Below are positions 1 to 14,025 of a stretch of DNA of 64,000 nt, one piece after another. The notes below the pieces were generated by a model that ran no database searches, had not been told where the DNA came from, and saw only the letters and a program-made list of their open reading frames with translations. Position 1 is the first letter of the stretch, and each line of letters starts with the position of its first letter. The DNA is taken from NCBI RefSeq assembly GCF_009914755.1, contig NC_060931.1, one strand, 5' to 3'. A program made the position numbers and the translations under genes. Source of the DNA: the human T2T-CHM13v2.0 reference genome, Homo sapiens.

Positions 1-507
1 CAACACAGTAGCAGCCTGGTGCATTTTCTTGTCCTCCCCTGGAGACCTATTTTCTTTGCAAAACTACTGTAATTTTAATGGGCTGCCATTTGCTCATTAA
101 AGTCACCTGGGAATTTAGTCAGCACACGGACCACAAAACAGGACCCTGTATAATGTTTAGGATTTTGTCGTTTAATAAAACATTTTATAAGCTCAGTGCG
201 TACCTATTAATAACTGCACTTCTCTGGGCTCAGCAGCCTACCCTGTGGTCTACAGTGCAGTGCACTGACTACTATAGGTGAGTTATAGAGAGATCTTTTC
301 CCAAGTTCCCATTTGTCTTTATTATGACACTCAAATAGCAGATGATGAGCAATCAGTCATTGTTAAATTCCATCCCTGGGAATTGAACCAGGCTTGGCTT
401 CTTTTCATTCAAAGTCTTCTTGCAGGTGGCCTCCTTTGGAAAAGGGAGGCCCTGAGCTTCTGATCCCATGGAGGGATTTATTATCTGCTGCAGAGGAGTG
501 AGTGAAT

Positions 508-510
<3 letters not shown>

Positions 511-554
<44 letters not shown>
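511..554. repeat. (TG)22 microsatellite
   Basis: Perfect TG dinucleotide run read directly. Confidence 0.97.
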
Positions 555-555
<1 letters not shown>

Positions 556-565
556 CTATCACCGA

Positions 566-753
566 TGGAGCAGTTCCTAAAGGCCAGTCCATGAATTGGC
601 CCTGTCAGAATCTCCCAGGATGAGTGACAAAAACAGGCATTCCTAGTCCCCAGCCCAGACCCACAGAATTATCCTCAAGGACAAGATCCAGAATTGTTTG
701 AAAACCAGTGCCTCCAATTTTTTCTAATACACAGCCAGATTTGGGAGGCACTT
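566..753 (+). mobile_element. MER5-family hAT-Charlie MITE, degenerate
   Basis: cagaatctcccagg...ccccagcccagacccacagaat...ttctaatacacagccagatttgggaggcact resembles MER5A consensus; ends approximate. Confidence 0.6.
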
Positions 754-763
754 GGAGAACAGA

Positions 764-811
764 ATATTCACCAGATCAGATGTTCATCAGATCAAATGTT
801 CACCAGATCTA
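764..811. repeat. 3 x 16-bp imperfect tandem repeat
   Basis: atattcaccagatcag / atgttcatcagatcaa / atgttcaccagatcta. Confidence 0.85.
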
Positions 812-1147
812 CATACTCTGTCTGCATAGTGGAATAGTTCGCTTTTAACAAGAAAAGTGAAAACAAACCAAAACACAGATGCTGGTGCATAGCCACAGAA
901 TGCATCTCAGAGCCTGACCCTCCCATTCCATGAGTGCTGTTCACAATAGTGGAAATGTGAAAGGTGCCACACAATCAATCAACATGCGTAGAAAACTCAA
1001 AAAAGACACCACTTACTAACAGGCATTGTTTTCTTGCACTTATTACTTATTTCTAGCATGTTTTCTCATTTTACCTTCAGTTCCTACAACTATGGGAGAG
1101 AGGGCTTACATAGCCCCAGGTTCCACATGAGGCATGACTCAACCCTA

Positions 1148-1597
<450 letters not shown>

Positions 1598-2967
1598 AGA
1601 AAGTTTCCATCCTTTGACTACCTTGACTATGTTCCATTGACATATTTCTCAGGGCTTTCTTTAATATCTTCTCACCATAAATACAACAAATCTCAAGTCA
1701 ACGTATCCTAAAATTTGTTGAGAAGGCACCACTTTTTGAAGATTGTGCTTAGGGAAAGCAGTTGTTCCTTTGAAAAAGCCCAGTTTTGTTTCTGATTGGG
1801 AGGTGGGCATTGGGAGGGAAGCACACGCCCCCGAGAGTTCCTAAGGGAAGAAAATTGTGACCAAAGGAAATGCCCCAGTGCTGTCTGAAGACAGAAATCA
1901 GCGACATAAATTGTGAGACATCAAGCCTGGTTCTACTTGTCTTGTCCTATTATCAACTAATGTCCACTAGGGGCTGTCTCTGCTCAGCGACTGCACTCCA
2001 TTCCTGGCCAGCACTGTCACCTTTGTTCTTCCCAAATCCCTTATCAGCTGGGTGTTAATATTATCCCCATTTTAAAGATGGGAAAACTGAAGCTCAGGGA
2101 GAGTTCAATAATTTGTCAAAATTATGACTCAAATGTTTTCATCAATCTTTGTTCCCAGATTCAAACAATACCATCTGGGGCACTGCAGGCTGCCAGCTAT
2201 TCTTTCCTGTCTAAGGAAGGAGAAGAGAATGTTATCTGCAGCAAAATGATCTTTTAACCAAAAACTTTCCAACAGGAAACCAAGCCAGTTTTAATGGACA
2301 AAAAAAACAAAATAAAATAAAATAATACTTATCTAGAACATGAGGCACGAGAGCCACTACAACCCAGCACACTTGTAGTTTGGGATTTGCAGTCCTTCTG
2401 TGACCAGCTCCATCTCTCCCCATCACCTCTGCCCCTCAACAAAAACACAATTGGGATAAAAATTTTAAAAAGTTAAAATATCTTTACCTTCCCTCAAACA
2501 ACAATCAAATCTCTTTCTAGAACTTGTCTTTTCTGAAAGCCAAGCCCTCCCAGAGAGCATCTTAGATCTGGGACCCCTTCTCAATAGGCGATTGATGATG
2601 CGGGACCCAGGTCCCTGCATTCCTCAGGCGGCTTTTCTCCAGGGAGTCCCACCCACACTTGAGCTTTCTCTCAACCTCTCCTTTCTGGATCCTGCGCCTC
2701 AGAGAACATAGAAATTTGGCAGGAGGTAAATTTGAGTCCTTTGGAGATTCTAAGAAGCCCGCTAATGACCCAGTAGCACATCAAAAGCATCTGACTTTTG
2801 CCCTGCACAGAGCCTTCATGCCCTTTCCAAAGAGCGTCCACCCACTCTCTATGATGATTAGTATTGATACTTAGTGAGCAATTACAATGTACCACACACA
2901 ATGAGAAACACAAAAGCTCCTTTACCTTCCTTCCACCCAGTGCCCAGCGTCCTACAGATGAAACGAA

Positions 2968-3178
2968 CAATAGCTGCCATTCACTGTGCCCTTACTATGG
3001 TTCAGATCTTGTGCTGACCAACTGACATTTACTCTTCACAAGAATGTCAATAGGTGGGAAGACTTAAGTATCCCCATTTTATAGATGGTAAAGCTGAGAC
3101 TTGGATTCTTTCCACGCTAGTGAGTAGCTGTGCTGAGATCAGCAGGATCCAAAGCCCAAGCTCTTAACTAGTGTACCA
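2968..3178 (-). mobile_element. MIR SINE
   Basis: Reverse-complement MIR core tatccccattttatagatggtaaagctgagac plus matching MIR ends. Confidence 0.7.
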
Positions 3179-4867
3179 TAATGTCTTCTACCACTTAGTA
3201 ACTATTCACGGCCAGGACAGAGAAAATGATGGGCTTTGAGTGACACACATTTTCTGCTCAGGTTATCTCCCATCTTGTCTTGGTTGCACTATTAAATATT
3301 TTAAAAGGAGAGGCAACAAGATGGAAAAAGACCTTCACATTTCACTTGCATTTATTTTACCTTCAGGCAGGCTTTGCAAACACTCTACAAAGGGAGGTAG
3401 ACAAGACACAGAATAGCAGTAAATGCCGAGGAAAATGCAAATCCCTTCTTTCACAGACACAGTTATCATTATTCCAATAAAGTGTAATGAAATAATAGAA
3501 CAGCCATGCAAAGTGGGATTCAAGGGGACTTTTATGTTTTCTCTGTATCTATTGTCCACAAATGCTTTCCAGCATGACATTTTCCCAGGTCTGGGTCAAA
3601 ACTGAGAAAAAGAAGGACACTGAAATGATCATGCTTTTTATAAAACTAAATATGTTTACTCTAACTGGTTATTCTTTATGCTAAAAAAATTTTTAGTATA
3701 CTAATAGCCTTTCTCCATAGAAGTGATGATGAGAGAAGCTGTTCCTTTTCTTTCTCTGTCTTTTAATTGTCCTTACTTGATCAAATAAGAGTTGGCCACC
3801 TTATGTCAGTTTTTCAAAAAACTCTTTTTAAAATTTTACTTATTCTAGAAAGTCTTGGGATAATTGCTTCTGATTTTTCCATTTTTTCTGAATAACATGT
3901 ATTGTTTTTGAAAAACTAATAAAAAGTTACTTTAAAAGAAATAAACCATAAATAATTAAGGGAACTACATATGCATACCTGTCCTCCTGACTATAATTTT
4001 ATTTTTTTAAAAATTTTAATGCAGCCATTTCTGATTCTTTGTGTTACCTTCCATCACTGGTGGGAAAATGCAGAAAAGCAATGTCAAGGGGTTTTTTGGC
4101 AATGTCGAAAAATGTTAGAGGTGAGAGAATAATTAGAAGCAGCAGCGGGTCAAGTGAAATTTAGCAAAAGAATATTTTAAAATTATTTTGATGAAACCAA
4201 ACTGATACAATAAGAAATCATTTGTTTGCTGGGCAACAGACGACATTTTTCTCTATTGCAGAAGTGAAACTTAAAAAAATTAGCTTTGCCATAGCTTAGA
4301 CTGCGGCAAAAAAAAATGGTAAATATCTGATTTAAAAAATTTTAAAGCTAATTATCTGACCTTATTGACAGTCAAGGAACAAAACCTCTATTGTGAACAG
4401 ACTCTATTTCAAGAGCAGACCAAGGAAGGATTTGGCAAAATGAAGTTTAGACTTAGACTAATTTCACATGCTAATGAGAATCTCCAGATAAAAGCTGCTT
4501 TGTAATGGGTGCTAACCAATTGGCAGATTAACAAGATTCAAACCAAACAGAGCACGAATTAGTCATGTTTGTCATAAGACCATATGGCTAGAAAGAAACC
4601 GGGTGAATTTGGTTTAGCCTGTGTTGGAGTTATTTTTTGGTACAATATAGTTAAACAGCCAGAAAAATCAGAGTATCTCATAGTCTAACAGCCTTTACAG
4701 GGAGATTGTGCAAGGTTCATGTAACCCCTTGGAATCCCTTTCAGGTGGATAACGTTTGTATCCATCAAAATAAGATGCTAGAGTTTACATTCATTCCCTT
4801 TCTTTCAGTCTCCAGAATCCCTGCACCAAAGAGAGAAAACATGGCAAAGAAAAGAATACAGGTTCTC

Positions 4868-5079
4868 GAGCTACTATCTAATATGTTAGCCCTAGCTACA
4901 TGTGGCTATTTCCATTTAAATTCAAGTAAATAAAGTTTGTAAAAAGTAATAAAATTTAGAATCCAGTTACATCACCACATTTCCATTGCTCAACAGTCAC
5001 ATGTGCCCTGGCTACTGTATTGACGAGCATAGATATAGAATATTTCTATCATTGCAGAAGCTTCTATTGGGCAATGCTG
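4868..5079 (-). mobile_element. MER3 hAT-Charlie DNA transposon
   Basis: tagctacatgtggctatt...cacatgtg...gatatagaatatttctatcattgcagaagcttctattgggcaatgctg matches reverse complement of MER3. Confidence 0.8.
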
Positions 5080-5510
5080 CTTCAGAGTCAAGGATCTCAC
5101 TACATGAACTTCACTTAATTTACTCATCTGCAAAATTAGGAAACTAATAATACCAATCTCACAGGAATGTTAGGAGAATCAAATGTATGCAAGAGTTGTT
5201 TGTAAGCTATAAGACAAATAAATGTTAGCTATTTGGATGAGGATAGTGCTAACGATGATTGCGACGATGATGATTAATGATTTCCATATAGGAAGGCTTC
5301 AGATGGTTAGGGATGATAAGCACTCTTAGCCTTTACTCAAAGTTTGCACGACCCCAAGTTGTGAGGGTTTTCCTCCAACTGTATGCTCCCTCTTTCTTCT
5401 TGAAAGTTTTTCCTTCACTCCATGCTGGGAACAAAGACCTAGACAACGTAAAAGGAAAACATCCCAGAATTCTATCTGAACACAAATTATGTGTGACTAC
5501 TAAGCTTAAA

Positions 5511-5590
5511 ATATATATATATATTTATATATAAATATCATATATAAATATATAATATATAAATATTTAAATATATATAATATATATGTA
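5511..5590. repeat. (TA)n / AT-rich low-complexity tract
   Basis: Read directly. Confidence 0.9.
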
Positions 5591-5859
5591 TCAGACAGAA
5601 TTCATGTTATCCACCAAATTTTGTGTTTCCCAAGGAAGTGCTCCTAACCCCAAGGAGCCTGTGGAAGTATAAGGGTTGGCCAGAGCAGGGGCAGGTGGAG
5701 GAAAGGAAGGGAGTGTCAAGGAATGTGGTATTAGAGTTATTGCTACTATTACAAAAGTTTTCCCAGAACTAGTATGTTTTCCAGGATGAATCTAACCTGG
5801 CTGATTTACATATAAAGCATTCATTCTGTCTGAAATTAAATTAATTCAGTCAACAATAT

Positions 5860-5943
5860 TATTTGGCAGAGCCACAAACAATTTTCATTTTTGTAAGTCA
5901 AAAATAGTCAAACACTGGCAATTTCATATGGTTCAACCTAATA
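5860..5943. mobile_element. MADE2 mariner MITE
   Basis: gtcaaaaatagtcaaacactggcaatttcatatggttcaacctaata, the MADE2 core and right TIR; left TIR degraded. Confidence 0.7.
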
Positions 5944-7102
5944 TTGCCTCAATTTGACCTGTAGCAGACGAGCCAAGATTTCAGGTTTTAGCTGATAGAC
6001 CTGGGTTCATATCTCACTCTGCCATAATTGCTTGTCTTTGGGAAATTAAAAAATAATAGGAAAAAGAAATTTAGTATTTGGACTAAATCTGAATCTTTGA
6101 GAAAAGAAAATAAGAAAGTGGTTTTTGGCGGCAAAAAGGTTGACAACCATTGATCTACTCCGCAAGGTAGGGCTTTTAATTGGCAACATACTGCCTCCTT
6201 TAGGCAATTTTAATCATCTAGAACATAGAGAAGAAGAGAGATAAGTAAGCAAAGGACATCTTAAAAAACAAAGACTTATCAAAAAGCCCATGTCCTTCAT
6301 ATCTTAGGCGTGATAGAAGCACTTTCAGGTTTGACCAAGACAATTGTGTGTAAAAAGCTATACCAATGGCAGAAAGAAGCAAAACTAACTGCAAAGGCCT
6401 GATACAGAGGTTAAAAATATATTTATCTAACAGAACTGACAAGAAACTCTTGGTCTTGACCTTCTCAATGGCCTGACAACTTTACCATATTATAATAATG
6501 CTAAATATCCCTACTCGAGAAAGCAGAAACGTATTATGTCGTCAGGCTGTTCCTATATAAATAAGAAGTCATTGCGCTAAAAGCTATGATGCAGAGAAGG
6601 GGCAGCCCATATGCCTGCCACCGATAAGGGAACCAAGGGAGAAAGGCTGCTCAAATACCACTTGCCCATCATGGCCATGCATGAGAAGGGAAAGCTGTGT
6701 CTGCGAGGACACCCCATCAGTGCCAGAAGAGGAAGGCCAAATCAGGTTGTTGAGACCAGGGGTGAGATAGAACACCAGCCAAGACACAGAATCCACACAA
6801 ACCGAGAGAAGTTGAAGAACCAAGAGATCTGAAAGCAAAAAGTCGCAGAGCAGACAATCAAAAGGTGGGCTAGATGGATTCTGGAACAAAAAATTACTAA
6901 AATTGTGGCTTTTACACAACATGAGCATAGCTCTATGTGGACAAAAGGGACCAAAAGGGATACACTTTTTACTGAAAACTCACCCATGTAGGAGGCCCTG
7001 TTTCAAACCACAAAAATTCCAACTTGTTACTGGAAATGAAGAAAATACGGTCTTAATTTTAAACAACAACCCGATATTCACTTAGACCAGCTGTTAAAAT
7101 GA

Positions 7103-7333
7103 CAGTATGCAGAAAAGAGCACAGAGTTTTGATTCAGACAATCCTGAGTCATGTGGCTCAACCGTTTATTTTTATGCACAAGGTCACATACTTGAATCTC
7201 GGAGGATGTCAGTGTCTTCATCTTTGAAACAGAAACAGTAGTGCCACTTTCCCAGTGTTGTGGTAAAGACTAGATGAATCCACATATGGAGAGTACCTGG
7301 GTCAATACCTGGTACTTAGTGTGTATTCAATAA
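7103..7333 (+). mobile_element. MIR SINE
   Basis: tRNA-derived head (agagcacagagttttgattcagacaatcctgag), core and 3' end (cctggtacttagtgtgtattcaataa). Confidence 0.7.
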
Positions 7334-9519
7334 GCCTTAGATCGCTTCTCTTCTCTGTATTGATAATTCATTTTTAGCAACTGAAACAACAGTTTCTAGA
7401 CTTATTTTCTCTGTTCTATTTGTGCTTCATCAGTCATTCCCCTTGCACACTACCAAACATAAGTTGCTACCTAAGAAGGCTGCCCTGTTTATTCTTCCAA
7501 AGCAATGTCAATTTCAATCCCCACTTTTAGACTTACTTAGAAAGAATATCTGAGCTTTATTTTTGGTCTTAGTGATGATAGTATCCTTTAGCTGGATGTC
7601 AACTCTAGGAAGATTTCATTGTCAGCTGATGGCAGCAGGGTGGAAAAAATCCTTTAAAAGCAAGAATAACCTCCCCCACACCTGCCCAAGAAACAAAACA
7701 CCAAAGCCAGCAGCCCTCGCCTCCCAGCGTGAGCAGCTGCTCTGGGCTGAGCCCTTAGCTCTCCAGGCCAGGCTGCTGCCTACCTCACCCTCCAGAGGAG
7801 CCCTTGTTGGGTCTTCAGTCCCTGGTCTCTGGACTTATCAGGAGCAGACATCTGCAGCCACGTCTGTGGGGACCACCCAGAGGGCAGCTGGAGAACCCTG
7901 GGGCTCTTTGCAGAATTTGCAGAAAGGTCAAGAGTCACATGCCCCAACCCGTTCTCTAAAAGCATCTCAGAAAGACCCGGTGGAAAGGTCATCTTAAGAC
8001 AGTGACAGGGCACAGCTTGTGGGGGGAAGAGAGGAGAGGACAGAAGAATTTCTTTTTTAAGTAGCAGAAAGTACATCTGTTTCTTGCTCAGCTTAGACTT
8101 TCAAGTCTGATTTTTATTTCGATGGCATTTCCTTGGCTTTTCCAATTCATGTCTAAATCACAAAATGTGTCCATTGTGCACTTCTGGGCTTGCGTACATG
8201 TGCCACAGAGCACAACACCGCAAATGCATTTTCTCACTTCATTAAACATTGCTTTAAAATGGCATCCAAATGTCCGCTCTCACAATCGCGTCTAGGGGAG
8301 ATTGTGTTACTTTTTCCCCCACAGTGGGAACAGAAGGAACAGCTAAGTCACAAGCTGTGATGTTTAATATTTTTCAATTTCACACGTCCAACTCTGAAAG
8401 CTGATTGTAGGGACAGCCTGGTCAGCCATGCCACTGCGTGCAAGGGCTCTGGTTGTCTTGGGGAGGCTTCCCTTTAGCCTTGCAATTCTCTGATCTACAC
8501 TGCAACAGCCATAACTGGCCTCACCCCAGGGGATCCCTTCTCACTTCACTGGGTGAGGTGCTGACTCCACCTCCCCCAGGCAGGCCAGGACGCATTCTGC
8601 TGACTTAAGAAGATGCCACGTAAATTAGAACTCATGTAACCATATGGTTCAAACCTGCGGGTCATATTTTATACACAAATGACTATGACAGGCAGTATTT
8701 TTGTGCTGACAAGTTGTATTTCATCCATGTTTACTTAGAATTCCATGCTATCATTAAAAGCTGAACAATAGAACTTTATCTTATTTTCACGCAAAAATTT
8801 CACTGAGTGTCCCTCTTATTAAAAAAAAAAAAAAAGAAGAAAAATTCACCATGAAGCTTTTGCTTTCTCTTTAACTCTTATTATCCAAGTGTTGGGTGCT
8901 AAGATGCTTTCATATATTCTGACATCAGGAATTTGAAAGTTCTTGAGCCCTGGCTTCCAGACTGGCCAGCATTAAGTGTGCTAAACAGCTATTTTATTTG
9001 GGTCCCAAAAATAAAAAGTATATTAGTTTACCAACCACCGCATGCTGTGCAGTGACCTCTGGATGTTTGAAAGCTGAACCAATTGATTCAGTCTTCTGTG
9101 ACTTTACCTCCTGTAGAGCAGCAAATAAGAGAATCTCCAGTATAGTGGCCAGTTACCTCCCAGACCTCTAGGTTAAGAAAGAAAATAGTAAACAAAATGC
9201 TAGCTGGGTCACTCTATAGCCTCTGGTCCTTCAAAGACAAACCTTAGAAAATACTTCTCATGTTTCCTAGAATTCTGATTAAACCCACAACCCAGCAAGT
9301 CCTAGAGACTCTGACTATATTAAGGTTGCAGGAACTAAGAGACTTCAGCACAAATCTTGAACTCAAGCTGGAAAAAATAAATATAAATATATATATATAT
9401 ACACATACACATAAATAAATAAATATATACACACACATTAATAATGCCTTCTACCTTGAGAAAATGTCTTAGACCCCCACATTCTCCTCTCTGCTTTTGC
9501 AATCCAATGTGACCCTATT

Positions 9520-9655
9520 GGCTGGGCATGATGGCTCACGCCTGTAATCTGAGCAATTTGGGAGGCCGAGGTGGGAAGATTGCTTGAGCCCAGGAGTTCA
9601 AGACAGCCTGGGCAACACAGGGAGACCCTGACTCTATGAAAAGTAAAAATAAAAA
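9520..9655 (+). mobile_element. FLAM_C / AluJ-type left monomer
   Basis: ggctgggcatgatggctcacgcctgtaat...gattgcttgagcccaggagttcaagacagcctgggcaacac followed directly by an A-rich tail. Confidence 0.85.
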
Positions 9656-10359
9656 GAATCATCTGCAGTGTGACTCTATTTTCTCAATCAAAACTAGGCA
9701 AGTGGTCTGGGAAAGGTATTTTTCCAATTTATAAATGAATTGATGGAAAATCCTCTGACAAAGCTATCAAAATTATAGTCATATTGGATTACATATTTAA
9801 CAACTGACCCTTCTTGGGGTCATTTCTTTTAAATCAGGGCTGCCCTGATCACTCCAGGCACATGGTTGCCAAATCTCAACCCTCCCCAGAACCTTCAGAA
9901 AGCTGTTCTGAAGTCTGAGAGGCATCTCTGGAAGCTCGGGGAAGACAGTTCATCGCCTCTCTCCAGACCTGGCTGTGAATCCTCACTACACTTCTTACTT
10001 TCTTTAAGCAACTCCATAGTGCCACCGAGCCATTTCCTCACTTGTTAAATGGAATGCAATATACAATGCCTAACGCATTTACCAAATGATCATGTCTTCA
10101 CTCTATCCCTAATTGAAAGAACAACATGAAATTGCTGCCAGGTAGCTACCCAGGACAAGGAAAAGTGCGACGGGACTGAAATCTGATTTTGCTTCCTTCC
10201 AGGCTCCTCCCTTTTGGAGGTGTCTGTCTTCCCCAGGTGTGTATCTTTCAAGTCTTTACTGATGATGGCTTAAGAATTGATTCATCCCAGGTGTATTTTA
10301 ATGAGAGACTGCAAAACTTTAAAGACTTTAAAGATTGAAAGGAATTATTTTCTTTCAAT

Positions 10360-10700
10360 GAACATGTGTCATTCTATTATTAAAGTAATATATGATTACT
10401 ACAAAAAAAATGCAGAAAAGTAAAAAGCAAAAGAATTGCCCATCATTCTGCTACTGAAACACAAGCACCATTAAAATTTTGTTGTATTTTTGGCATGCAT
10501 ATTCTTTGTAGCCTTTACTTGTGTGTGTGTGTGTGTGTGTGTGTAAAAGGGGATGATTATATTGTTGATTTTAGTTTTGACTTAGGAAAAATTGCATATA
10601 CAACTTTGTATCCTTCTTGTCATTTAGTATGGTAACCCACCAAGCATTTGCTGCATTACCATACCCTTTCCATAAATAATAATTTTTAATGGCTGCAAAA
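10360..10700 (-). mobile_element. Old L1 (L1ME-like) 3' fragment containing a (GT)12 run at about 10520-10544
   Basis: aaagtaatatatg...gcccatcattctgctactgaaacacaagcaccattaaaattttg...tttttaatggctgca, typical of reversed L1ME 3' ends. Confidence 0.5.
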
Positions 10701-10804
10701 TAAGGGATGCATTTTTGAAAGTAAAGTTCTTTTTTAAATTTTTTTAAACAAAAATTTCTAACTCTAATAGATCCTGGAGAAGATAAATTTATAAAACCAA
10801 AATT

Positions 10805-10918
10805 AAATGTAAGTTCTCTGAGAGCAAAGACTTCTGTCTCTTTTTATTCTCTGCAGTAACCTTGGTGCTTAGACTACTGCCTGGCCCATGATAGGTGTCC
10901 TCTAATGAATAAGAATAA
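10805..10918 (+). mobile_element. L2 3' end
   Basis: tgtaagttctctgagagcaaagacttctgtctc...gtgcttagactactgcctggcccatgataggtg...aatgaataa. Confidence 0.7.
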
Positions 10919-11532
10919 AATCAGAGGAACATGAGGCCTCTAGGACTCCAGCTTCCAATGTAGCACTGTGCCCTGGTTTGCTATGAACTCATTCTACAGA
11001 ATGATTGACAAGTAGCCTGCTTTCTCTATGTTTTTATTTTCTCCACGGTCTTTTGCTAAGACACAAGTACAAGTAAACACATGATTCATCAAAATATCAA
11101 TTGATTTTTAAAAGCACCTGTTTCCCATTTAAACCTTCACAACCATGTTTTGAAAACTGTGGGGAAATCTGAAACTGTCTCAAAATCTTTTTAGAGTTCT
11201 TTAGAAATTTTTTTTAATGCCAGTTGTAAAGTCATGTCCATGTCAGTGATTCTCTGATCCCCAAATATCTAAACCTGTTGGAAACTGTGCAAACAGATAA
11301 TAATAGGACCTCATTTAAAGCAAAAGTAAATTATAAAAAATCCATTACTTTGTTTAGCCAACAGCTTTGATACCCAAGAAAACACATCGAGACTTTGCCC
11401 TGTCCTGGAAGCATTTGGGTAAAGTGCTGGCGAATGTGATATCTAATTAGATTCTAGGGTCTCATCACCAAGAACTAGGGAAAAGATCAGGAGTTCAACC
11501 CAAGAAACCAGTTCATGGAAAATATCAAATAA

Positions 11533-11967
<435 letters not shown>

Positions 11968-12399
11968 TATACTGAATAATTCTTAGTATATTACATTAAC
12001 TTATTGCCATAATTTGGTTTTGCCCTTCTGAAACCTAAAGATATAATATATGCCTCTGTAAATGCCCACAGAACTACTGTGTGAGCAAAATTTGACTTTG
12101 AAAACAATTATAATGTGGGCAAGAAAAATGTTAAAATCTTTAAACATTATCAGGCCAATATATAGCCTGTTATATGAGTTCCAGCACAGGCAGCCCAAAG
12201 AAATAAGGAGAGATGTGCATTGCCACTTTCTCCCATCTCTCCCAGCCTACAAAATGGGCTTCAGATGACAGAGGAAGTGTCTGAGGCAACGGCAAATGTG
12301 GATAACAGGTTGGAAGATGGAACTACCAAGGGAAAGAAGGCTAAAGGAAGTGGGGAGATTCAATGAGATAAAGAGGAGATAGAGAACTTTTTGGATTTT

Positions 12400-12705
12400 A
12401 AAAATTAATCTTCAATTACGTGAAAGGATGTTTGTGCAAAATGGTGACCCACTTTTTTCCATCTCTACTGGGGCAGATCAAAAGAAAATGGACTTAAACT
12501 GAGGCCGAGTGGTTTAGGTAAGACAGAAGAAGGAATTTCCTGAATGTGGAGGTCGTTAAAAACTAGAATGAGTTACTAAGGAAGTCTGTGGACACTCTTC
12601 CTCTGGGGAACATTTAAAAATAAGATAAATTTTCATCTGTCAGGGCGAGTTTAGAAGTAATCCTACTAGAAGGCCTCTCAAAGCATTTTCCAGCCCTATA
12701 ACCTG
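12400..12705 (+). mobile_element. CR1/L3 LINE 3' end
   Basis: aaatggacttaaactg...tttaggtaagacagaagaaggaatttcctgaatgtggaggtcgttaaaaactagaatgagttactaaggaagtctgtgg...ttccagccctat matches the CR1/L3 3' end. Confidence 0.7.
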
Positions 12706-14025
12706 AGGGCCAAATTCCCTCTGATTTTATTTCTAAAGTTAACTAGATGTGAGATGAATGCCTGAAGCAGAATTCCAGATTTTAGATACAGTAACTCGAG
12801 GCTGTCACCTTTTGTTCTATAATAAGATGCCACTTTGCATAAAAACTAAAGTCCTAATCCTTCCTGGAAACCACAGCAAGGAAAAAATTCACAACTCAAA
12901 ACTTGGCAAATCAACTCTTGCTCAGACACCTTCACTCTCATCCTTAAAAATACAAAATACCATCTCCTCCTCTACATTGTTTTTTGTTCCCTTATGCCTA
13001 TGGAGCACGTCTTTCCAGTTCTTAATTTTATTTTTCCCAGACAGCCATTCCGAATATTCCATTTTTACAGCTAGTCAGTTTCTTTAAACAGTCTTTTGAA
13101 ACCTAACCAAATACTTTCCCAGCAATTATTTGGCGATGTTTCAATCTTAGATATACCAAGCTAAAAAACAAGTTTGCATTTTGAACAGCTGTACTCAGAC
13201 ACATTCCTTTCTCTTCATCTTCTTCTGAGTTTTAATCAAGCCAATCGGGGGCTTTCATTACACCTCCCAGGATGGAATAACCTGACATGGTGAATATTGA
13301 TATAACACCCTCCCTTATAATTGATCAGCTTTGTTTCAGTTCCATGGTTTTCTTTTCTTTTAAAAGCTTCGGGTCTCCTTTGTTTCAGGTTAAATCAGGA
13401 ACATTAAAAGCAACTGATATCTAAAGCCTCCTCCAGGTCACTGCTGCCTCCTCCTCCTCATTCTTAGCCTAAGGTTTTTTTGTTGTTTTTTTCTTTTTTC
13501 TTTAGCTTCTCCATCCTCCTACTCACCCCTCACCCCAAGGCATTTGTCAAAGGTTTCCTCTGACTTCTCCAACCCTTTTCTCCAGTGTGAACTCTGGATT
13601 CAAGTGTGAGGAAAGCAAATCTGGCTTAGGTAAGGAAAGGGGAGACCATCCAGGGTAAAGGGAAAAGAAAGGGGTTTCAGTCGCAGCGATCGCTGGCCAG
13701 ACACTTCCTAACAGTTACCTCTCAAGGACAGCAAGAAAAGTCCTTGAAAATCTCATCTGGGCATATGGATGGCAGGATGGGGCACAAAGAGCTATGTGGG
13801 CTCCTAGAGAGACAAGGTGAACTTATTCCTCAGTTAGGAATCCAAATAAATCATAATGCTTAAACTATGCGTGAAATCATCAAGTATCTACAGATTTTTT
13901 TCCAGTTCTAAATGAAAGTAGCCAAATGATGGTCATTAAAATGAAAGAAAATCATCCTTATTTTTACTTCTGTACAAGCTTCTCGAAGAACTTCAAGTCT
14001 TAGTGGAGATGGGGTGAGGAGCTAG

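Noticed and set aside
353-592. THTHTH-repeat ORF
   Set aside because: Translation of the (TG)22 microsatellite.
6537-6832. TATA-like cctatataaataag (about 6552-6565) followed by a 73-aa ATG ORF
   Set aside because: No recognisable homology, splice structure or CpG island; TATA-like words are common at this AT content. CAGE data would be needed.
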